A stretch of 64,000 bases of DNA from Candidatus Zhuqueibacterota bacterium (GTDB lineage Bacteria; Zhuqueibacterota; Zhuqueibacteria; Residuimicrobiales; Krinioviventaceae). Positions 57,681-64,000 of the stretch are shown here, one piece after another. The notes beneath the pieces were generated by a model. That model made no database searches. It worked only from the letters and a program-made list of their open reading frames with translations, and was not told the origin of the DNA. The stretch covers positions 39,496 to 103,495 of the forward strand of contig JAPDQV010000009.1 in assembly GCA_034505495.1 (NCBI GenBank). The letters are read 5' to 3'. The first letter of the stretch is position 1, and each line of letters begins with the position of its first letter. Made by a program: the position numbers and the translations under genes.

Positions 57681-59084
57681 TTATTGATGACGATAAACAT
57701 CCCACTGCATGTAGGTCGAAAAAGCCTCTTCGATGATATCGGCAACAAATGAAGGCGTCATGGCGGCATGATGTTCAAAGCCGTTTTGGCAGATATAATG
57801 CATCAACGCCTGCAGATTGGGTACTTGGATGACCGCACGCGCGCCGAAAGTCTCCAAAGGATCATTCGTAAAATTGCCCTCGCCGACATAGGCGCGGATT
57901 TCCCCATAAACATCATCGGTGGTGATGCGGGCGAAAGTGACAGGGCCTGCCGGAGTTCGTCCTGCCACTGCGCCGTAAGTCTTTTCCTCTCCAATAATGG
58001 TCCCCAAAATTTCGGCGCTCTTGATTTGAATATCCGGTAAAAACTCTTTGGCCCAGTTGCCGCAATGGAAAAACACACATTTGTTTTCGTCGTTGCCGTA
58101 ATTGTTGTTCCAGTCTACCAGCGCACTGGGCTTGCCGGAGGCAAGCTGCAGGGCGTACATGGCCGCAACGCCGGTAATATCGACCTCGCAGGCGCTCGGC
58201 TTGAGGTTTTGGCTCATCAAACTCATCAGGGCGCAGACATTGATGCCATAGTTCTTTTGGATCGATGTCCAGCACTGCAGCGCGGTGGCGACGATGTCAT
58301 TCTCGGCCATCCACTCATCGATGACTACGGCCAGTTTGGCCATCAGCAGCAGCGCCTGCGCAGGCACTGAAGAGGTTTCTGCATAAGCGGAAATCTGTTT
58401 AATTTTTTCCTGGACGCGAGGTTCATTATCTGCAAGCGCCTGTGCATTACCGATGACTTCGGAAAAGTCGATGGTAATGACCGACATTCCGGCATCCTGC
58501 AGCAGCTTTTCGCTGTATCGAACGGTATTGAAAGCGCCAGGACGCGCACCGATTGCGCCGAACCGAGCTTTGCGCATTCCGTTCACCACCCGACAAACGC
58601 CGAGAAATTTCTTCAGATCTTTTTTAAAGGATTCGTCGAGCAAAGGTACCGTATGAAGCTCGGTTAGGCTGAAAGGATAACCGTACTGCCTGAGGTTGTT
58701 GCAGACCGAAATCTTGCCGCAGAACGCATCGCGGCGGTGGGCAACGTCAAGCCGCTTCAGGTCATCCGGATAAGCCTGCACCAGAATCGGCACCTGCAGA
58801 CCGGAAAGCTTGACGGCATCGGCGACGCCGCGCTCATCGCCGAAATTCGGCAGCACGACGAGAATACCCTCGATTTCGTGCCGATGTGCGTCAAATAGAG
58901 CCGCGCACTTTTTGGCATCTTCCCAGGTTTCCACAGATCCCAGTTTGGTGTCCTTTTCCGTCAAGACGACGGAATTGAGATTCATTTCTTTAAACAGATT
59001 TTCAAGATCGCGCCGCGCCTCGCTGATCAGAACATCGGGGAAAAACTCGCGGTTGCCGAAAATGACGCCTAGAGTCTGCTGCAT
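57681..59084 (-). CDS. L-fucose/L-arabinose isomerase-family sugar isomerase (COG2407-like)
   Basis: Start at ATG 59084 (MQQTLGVIFGNREFF) with AAGGAG Shine-Dalgarno; the ORF track starts at 59153. FucI-like organisation as recalled; substrate unknown. Confidence 0.55.
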   Translation of the reverse strand: MQQTLGVIFGNREFFPDVLISEARRDLENLFKEMNLNSVVLTEKDTKLGSVETWEDAKKCAALFDAHRHEIEGILVVLPNFGDERGVADAVKLSGLQVPILVQAYPDDLKRLDVAHRRDAFCGKISVCNNLRQYGYPFSLTELHTVPLLDESFKKDLKKFLGVCRVVNGMRKARFGAIGARPGAFNTVRYSEKLLQDAGMSVITIDFSEVIGNAQALADNEPRVQEKIKQISAYAETSSVPAQALLLMAKLAVVIDEWMAENDIVATALQCWTSIQKNYGINVCALMSLMSQNLKPSACEVDITGVAAMYALQLASGKPSALVDWNNNYGNDENKCVFFHCGNWAKEFLPDIQIKSAEILGTIIGEEKTYGAVAGRTPAGPVTFARITTDDVYGEIRAYVGEGNFTNDPLETFGARAVIQVPNLQALMHYICQNGFEHHAAMTPSFVADIIEEAFSTYMQWDVYRHQ

Positions 59085-59118
59085 GGTTTTACTCCTTTTA
59101 TTGGTTAGGCATTCAAGA

Positions 59119-59922
59119 TTAGTTTTGCCATTCGAAAAAGATGTTGGTTCCACGGTCTTCCGGCTGGAACTCTAATCGAAATCGGTCACCGCAACGAAAA
59201 GTCCAAACGCTCGACCAATTGTCGCATAGTCCGGCCCGACAAATTTCTTGGCCCTGATGGTGAATGGTGAGAAAAAAGCAAAGCAGGTCGCCGTTTTCTT
59301 CAAGCTGCCATTCCACAGAGCGGGGGAAATTGTCCGGAGTCCAGCGAAGAATTGTTTTCGAAGGTACTGTGATCGGTGCATCGAATAAACCGGCGATTAA
59401 TGCACCTGCAGTTTTTTCCAATACTCGGCGAGTGACCACTTTATCGACCCATTCATCCGCTGAAAGCAGTGCGAGCTGCAGACGCGCTTCGTCCGGCAGC
59501 CACAGTTTGGGCACGAACCGGAGATGCGAAAGCGCATAAAGATCTTCGTCGAACAATAGCTGCCCGAAAAGTTCGTGCACCAGCACATCGACCGGTTCCG
59601 TCGGCACAAAGCGGCGAATATCTTGTCGGATTACGGTCACGTTGGGATAGGCACGCAGTCGTTCTTCCGCAAGCGCAGCCAAATGAGGGTTGACCTCGAC
59701 GGCATAGACCCGCTCGGCGCCCAGCCGCGCCATATGTTCCGAGAAAATGCCGAAACCGCATCCGGCTTCAACACAAACCGCACCTTTGATTCGGTTGCGG
59801 TAACGGTTCAGCAAACGAATAAATGCCTGTGTCCGCTTTCGGTCGTCGTAAATACTGACAAAAGCGAGGAGATCATCGATCTCTTCCCATTGCTTTTGCG
59901 GTAGTTCGTTTAGGATATCCAT
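59119..59922 (-). CDS. Class I SAM-dependent methyltransferase with a protein-arginine-methyltransferase (PRMT)-like motif set
   Basis: Motif I VCVEAGCGFGIFSEHMARLGAERVYAVE (PRMT1: [27 protein letters not shown]). Double-E-loop-like VDVLVHELFGQLLFDEDL (PRMT1: VDIIISEWMGYCLFYESML). An N-terminal DDRKRTQAF segment resembles PRMT DEVRTLTY. Confidence 0.55.
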   Translation of the reverse strand: MDILNELPQKQWEEIDDLLAFVSIYDDRKRTQAFIRLLNRYRNRIKGAVCVEAGCGFGIFSEHMARLGAERVYAVEVNPHLAALAEERLRAYPNVTVIRQDIRRFVPTEPVDVLVHELFGQLLFDEDLYALSHLRFVPKLWLPDEARLQLALLSADEWVDKVVTRRVLEKTAGALIAGLFDAPITVPSKTILRWTPDNFPRSVEWQLEENGDLLCFFLTIHHQGQEICRAGLCDNWSSVWTFRCGDRFRLEFQPEDRGTNIFFEWQN

Positions 59923-60044
59923 CGTCTTGCGGCTTGCTTGTTAATTCGGCAACGGCTTGCGTATCATTGCCTTATAGGAGTCCGCCTACTATTCATGCAT
60001 TTTCCGAACAGCCGGTCCAAAATCAATCTCTTTTTGTGTTCTTT

Positions 60045-61121
60045 TCATTTCAACAATACAATCCGACGAATGATACGGCTTTCCGATGATTCCAAACGGA
60101 CAAAGTAAAGACCAGAAGGATTATGGTCGGCTCCCCAGACCCATTGATGTGTACCCGCCTTGAGAAATCCGTTAAACAGCTTGTCAAGGCATCTTCCGTG
60201 TATGTCGAACACAGCCAAGGTTAACTCTTGCGGGTGAGCGAGGTCGATTCGAATGACGGTCTGTTGATTGCAGGGATTTGGATATACTTCAAAAGCTCCA
60301 GGATCTTCTTGGCCTCCTTTTTCGACTGCGGATGGGATTTGGTACACGCGGACATAATCGATGACAAGCTGCTGCGGAAATTGCGTCGAGGCGTCCGGGG
60401 CGCCGGGCCAATTGCCGCCGACGGCCAAATTGATGAGAATGTGGAATGGAACATCGAACGGCGCCGGATAAGGACCGTTGGTCGAATACCACTCGTTCGT
60501 GCGTCGAAATACTCGACCGTCTACAAACCAGCTTATACGCTTTGGCTCCCATTCCAAGGTAAACGTATGAAAATCATCGGCAAACGTGCCGCTCGGCAAC
60601 GTGTATGAGCCGCCTTTGTGGACATTCTGCGGCCAAGGGCCGCCGTAGTGCAGGGTGCCGTGAACCGTATTCGGCTCATGACCGATGTATTCCATAATAT
60701 CGATCTCGCCGCTTGCCGCCCATCCCCCATATTTCGTACTGGACGGCAACATCCAGAAGGCAGGCCAAAGACCACGCCCGATCGGCATTTTAGCGCGCAT
60801 CTCAAAACGACCATACAGCCAATCGCCCTTGCCTTTGGTGCGGATTCGACCGGATGTATAGCTTTTACCGCCGTAGGATTCTTTCTTTGCGGTGATGATC
60901 AGATATCCGTTCTTGACTTCTATGTTTTCGCGACGATAGAATTGCAGCTCGTTGTTTCCCCACCCCGACGGCAGGCCGTAGCTTTGCCCGTCGCCCAACA
61001 TGACCTCCCACTTGGAGGTATCGAGTTTATCGCCGTCGAATTCATCCGACCAAACCAATTCATATGATTGGCAAAAGGCAAAATAAGGAGATAACAGAAT
61101 AAAAACCAGGAAATACCGCAT
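60045..61121 (-). CDS. GH16 endo-beta-glucanase (laminarinase-like) with a T9SS C-terminal sorting domain
   Basis: Signal peptide. ELVWSDEFDG start of the GH16 fold. Catalytic GEIDIMEYIG (E-x-D-x-x-E). C-terminal YPNPCNQQTVIRIDL...GLYFVRLESSESRIIRRIVLLK tail. Confidence 0.85.
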   Translation of the reverse strand: MRYFLVFILLSPYFAFCQSYELVWSDEFDGDKLDTSKWEVMLGDGQSYGLPSGWGNNELQFYRRENIEVKNGYLIITAKKESYGGKSYTSGRIRTKGKGDWLYGRFEMRAKMPIGRGLWPAFWMLPSSTKYGGWAASGEIDIMEYIGHEPNTVHGTLHYGGPWPQNVHKGGSYTLPSGTFADDFHTFTLEWEPKRISWFVDGRVFRRTNEWYSTNGPYPAPFDVPFHILINLAVGGNWPGAPDASTQFPQQLVIDYVRVYQIPSAVEKGGQEDPGAFEVYPNPCNQQTVIRIDLAHPQELTLAVFDIHGRCLDKLFNGFLKAGTHQWVWGADHNPSGLYFVRLESSESRIIRRIVLLK

Positions 61122-61191
61122 AGCTCTTTCTTTCAGTTAAATTCTCTTTGCCTCGGACCGATTTATCAGTAATAACATGGTAAAAGGCAAA

Positions 61192-63594
61192 TTAAAACGT
61201 TTTCAGGCTGATTTTTCCGCTCTGCAAACCGTCAGAGTCGGCCTGCAGCAGAATCCTGCCTTTCTTTCCGGTTGACTGGACGACGACCAAACACTTGCCG
61301 TGAAAGGCACGGCGATAATCGGCTTTGAACGGCTCATGACTGATTTGATGACCGTTGTCGACGCCGACGATTTTGCCGGGACCTTTTATCCTAAACTTGA
61401 CCAAATTATCGGCAAACGGTACGAGAGCGCCTTTATTATCGAGAATATCCACGGTGATAAAGGCAAGGTCTTTACCGTCGGCGCGAATCACGGCGCGGTC
61501 GGGAGTCAGGCGAACGGCTGCGGGTGCGCCGGCTGTGACGATCTCGCGCGTCAGCACACGATTCCCCCGTTTGCCCACGGCGCGAACCGTGCCCGGAATA
61601 AAGCTCGTCCGCCAGCAAAGATAGAAATCGTCCGCGCCTTTGGTCTTTTCGCCCAAAGAGACGTTATTCAAAAACAGCTCGACGCTTTCGCAGTTCGTAT
61701 AGACCCACAGATCGACGATCTGGTCTTCCTGCCAATTCCAATGCGGAAAAAGGTGCAGAACCGGCTCATCCGTCCATTCCGCCTGGTAAAAATAGTAGGC
61801 GTCTTTGGGAAATCCTGCCAAATCGACGATGCCGAAATAGGAGCTGCGCGCCGGCCAATCGTATGGAGTGGGTTCGCCGAGATAATCAAAGCCGGTCCAA
61901 TAGAACATGCCGGAAAGAAAGTCGTGATTCTTGATCAGCTTCCAGGTATCGCGGTGCGTAGAGCCCCAGCCGACGCGGCAGTTGTCATAAGAGGAGCAGG
62001 TATAATCCGGATTATAGGTCTCGGGTTGATCCCAGCGGCGCGGCCAAACGCGTACGCTGTCCGAAGGCATATCGTAGGAGCCTCGGGTGGCGATCGCCGA
62101 GCCGGTTTCCGAGGCGATGAACTTTTGGCCGGGAAAAATCTTGGGCAGATCGAGAAATGTTTCGTGGTGATAGTTGATACCGATGATGTCGAGGGCGCCG
62201 GAGCGAATGAGGTAATTGCCGGGCACCGGATCGTTGCAGGCGGAGGTGATTGGCCGCGTCGGGTCCTCGCTGCGCACGATCTCGGCCAGGCGACGAGCCA
62301 GCTCGACGCCGGACTCGTGCCACTGTTCCATGATCTCATTGCCGATCGACCACATGATGATGCAGGGGTGATTGCGGTCGCGACGAACAAAATCGCGCAG
62401 ATCACGTTCGTGCCAGGCGTCGAAATCGAGAGAATAGTCGTAGGCGGTTTTTTTGATGCGCCACATGTCAAAAGCTTCGTCCATGACCAGAAAGCCCATA
62501 CGGTCGCAGAGATCGAGCAGCTCCGGTGCCGGCGGATTGTGCGAGGTACGTACGGCGTTGCAGCCCATTCCGCGCAAAATCTCAAGCTGTCTCTCCATCG
62601 CACGCACGTTGATGGCAGCACCCAAGCATCCCAGGTCATGATGCATGCACATACCGCGGATCTTTGTCGGCACGCCGTTCAACATAAAGCCCTTTTCGGC
62701 GTCGAAAGCGACGGTACGGATGCCGAAGGATGTAGAGACCTCGTCCATCATCCTGCCGCCTTCATACACACGGGTAATCGAACGATAAAGATATGGCCGC
62801 TTATCGGACCACAACTCGGGCTTGTTGATTTGCAGCGTGGCGCTGACGGCAGCCGTCTCGCCTGCCGGTGCTTTGACCATTTCATTGGCCTCGGCGACTA
62901 CCTTGCCCACTGCATCGAGCAGAGTAATTTTGATGAGCAGCTCGCTCTCCATTGCCGAACTGTTTCGCACCGTGGTTGCCTGCAATACTGTCGCCTGATT
63001 TTCACTCACATCCGGCGTGGTGATAAAGACACCACCGTAATCGATAAAAACCGGCGAAGTTAAGGTGAGGCGAACGTTGCGGTAGATTCCCGATCCGGAA
63101 TACCAGCGCGAATTGGGCTGCAGCGAGTTGTCGACGCGCACGGCAATGACGTTCTCTTCCCTGCCGTAGCGAAGATGCGGCGTGAGATCGTATTGAAACG
63201 AGATATATCCGTACGGCCGCTTGCCCAAATAGGCCCCGTTGATCCACACTTCGCTGTTGCGATAGATGCCGTCGAACTCGATGAATGCTTTTCTGCCGCG
63301 TTCATTTTGGGATAAGGTAAAGCGCTTTCGATACCAGCCGATGCCGGCCGGCAGGGCGCCGCCGCCGGCTCCGGCCGGATGATCGGCACTGAACTCGCCT
63401 TCAATTGACCAGTCATGCGGCAGATCCAGCTTTCGCCAAGCGGAATCGTTATAGCGCGGTTCTTTTGCTTCGGCAATGTCGCCGAGATGAAACCGCCAAT
63501 TTTTGTTGAAATCGAGCGTCTTACGAGATACTGCTCCGTAAAGACAGGCAACGCTCCAAATGGAAAGGGCCAAACAGAGAGCTGTTCTTGTCAT
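61192..63594 (-). CDS. GH2-family glycoside hydrolase (beta-galactosidase/beta-mannosidase-like)
   Basis: Signal peptide. Sugar-binding N-domain (DLPHDWSIEGEF). TIM barrel with NHPCIIMWSIGNE (acid/base Glu). 800 aa. Confidence 0.85.
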   Translation of the reverse strand: MTRTALCLALSIWSVACLYGAVSRKTLDFNKNWRFHLGDIAEAKEPRYNDSAWRKLDLPHDWSIEGEFSADHPAGAGGGALPAGIGWYRKRFTLSQNERGRKAFIEFDGIYRNSEVWINGAYLGKRPYGYISFQYDLTPHLRYGREENVIAVRVDNSLQPNSRWYSGSGIYRNVRLTLTSPVFIDYGGVFITTPDVSENQATVLQATTVRNSSAMESELLIKITLLDAVGKVVAEANEMVKAPAGETAAVSATLQINKPELWSDKRPYLYRSITRVYEGGRMMDEVSTSFGIRTVAFDAEKGFMLNGVPTKIRGMCMHHDLGCLGAAINVRAMERQLEILRGMGCNAVRTSHNPPAPELLDLCDRMGFLVMDEAFDMWRIKKTAYDYSLDFDAWHERDLRDFVRRDRNHPCIIMWSIGNEIMEQWHESGVELARRLAEIVRSEDPTRPITSACNDPVPGNYLIRSGALDIIGINYHHETFLDLPKIFPGQKFIASETGSAIATRGSYDMPSDSVRVWPRRWDQPETYNPDYTCSSYDNCRVGWGSTHRDTWKLIKNHDFLSGMFYWTGFDYLGEPTPYDWPARSSYFGIVDLAGFPKDAYYFYQAEWTDEPVLHLFPHWNWQEDQIVDLWVYTNCESVELFLNNVSLGEKTKGADDFYLCWRTSFIPGTVRAVGKRGNRVLTREIVTAGAPAAVRLTPDRAVIRADGKDLAFITVDILDNKGALVPFADNLVKFRIKGPGKIVGVDNGHQISHEPFKADYRRAFHGKCLVVVQSTGKKGRILLQADSDGLQSGKISLKTF

Positions 63595-63618
63595 AAAACA
63601 CCTTTTCGCGAAAAGTTC

Positions 63619-64000
63619 TCATCGGCTGAGTGAGGTCGGTAATTTGACCTTTACACTCTTGCCGACATACGACACCGTCTGATCCGGCGCGATGTTGAAA
63701 TCGATGCCTCGGCCGCGCGTCGGCGTGCTCCAGACGATCTCGAAGGTTCGGCGCTGCAGCATGCCGTCGAAGCGGCCTTTGCGGCTGCCGATGGTCAGGA
63801 TTCTGCTTTTTTCATTCCAAGAAAGCGGAATCTCGGCAAACTCGCCCTTTTCATAATCATAGTTCACGTTTTCGTCTTCGTATAGACTAAAGCTGCCGTC
63901 CGCGCCCGTGAAAACAAAAAGTCGAATCGGGTCGGCGGGTTTCTGGTCGGTGTACTGGATATCCGGGCCGGTGGGCAGAATGGAACCGGCTTTGACATAA
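63619..64000 (-). CDS. C-terminal ~127 aa of a glycoside hydrolase, probably GH31 (alpha-xylosidase/alpha-glucosidase-like); the 5' end lies beyond the window
   Basis: The reading frame is open from 64000 down to the stop at 63619. LYEDENVNYDYEKGEFAEIPLSWNEKSRILTIGSRKGRF resembles the distal beta-sandwich of GH31 enzymes. Confidence 0.4.
   Translation of the reverse strand, partial: YVKAGSILPTGPDIQYTDQKPADPIRLFVFTGADGSFSLYEDENVNYDYEKGEFAEIPLSWNEKSRILTIGSRKGRFDGMLQRRTFEIVWSTPTRGRGIDFNIAPDQTVSYVGKSVKVKLPTSLSR

Noticed and set aside
61300-63063. 587-aa plus-strand ORF
   Set aside because: Antisense to the GH2 gene (catalytic WSIGNE present on the minus strand). No motifs.
1-64000. CRISPR arrays, insertion sequences, integrases, prophage genes, rRNA
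   Set aside because: No regular direct-repeat/spacer architecture, no transposase or integrase-like ORFs, no rRNA-like stretches and no flanking direct repeats around tRNA-Pro were seen on reading the whole window.

Overview
This 64-kb window is a bacterial chromosomal segment, GC roughly 55%, with dense coding on both strands. I found no CRISPR arrays, transposases or integrases. Several proteins end in type IX secretion system (T9SS) C-terminal sorting domains, a PorX-like response regulator is present, and Shine-Dalgarno sites are used widely. That combination points to a member of the Fibrobacteres-Chlorobi-Bacteroidetes (FCB) group outside classical Bacteroidia; this is an inference, not a database result.

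Content, left to right:
- 1..9055: a periplasmic-looking redox/sugar module: a DoxX-fusion membrane protein, a deacetylase-like lipoprotein, two Tat-signal xylose-isomerase-like TIM-barrel proteins flanking a sigma-54 NtrC-type regulator, and a Gfo/Idh/MocA-like lipoprotein.
- 9111..15513 (minus strand): a BACON-domain lipoprotein, an ABC-F ATPase, a PEGA lipoprotein, a NUDIX hydrolase, and a full-length eukaryote-type DNA topoisomerase IB.
- 15638..31028: a housekeeping block: porX-like, tsaE, tsaB, rimI, accD, surE, guaA, glmS, an LpoA-like TPR/binding-protein gene, uppP, holA, an ECF sigma / anti-sigma / PDZ-protein module, rdgB and tRNA-Pro(UGG).
- 31036..41105 (minus strand): envelope and secreted proteins: a PD40 beta-propeller, a polytopic TPR membrane protein, a 1122-aa CotH/LTD protein with a T9SS tail, an SGNH-TPR protein and a CBM9-like T9SS cargo.
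- 41127..41888: a 760-bp non-coding region with strong hairpins.
- 41889..45752: the potDCBA spermidine/putrescine ABC transporter.
- 45949..64000 (minus strand): a carbohydrate locus: a GH140-like enzyme, a sugar catabolic operon (SorC regulator, FGGY kinase, FucI-like isomerase, ABC transporter, SIS isomerase, Zn-alcohol dehydrogenase, SAF-domain dehydrogenase), a PRMT-like methyltransferase, GH16 with a T9SS tail, GH2, and the C-terminus of a GH31-like enzyme.

The most unusual item is the eukaryote-type topoisomerase IB at 13726..15513, which retains all five catalytic residues.
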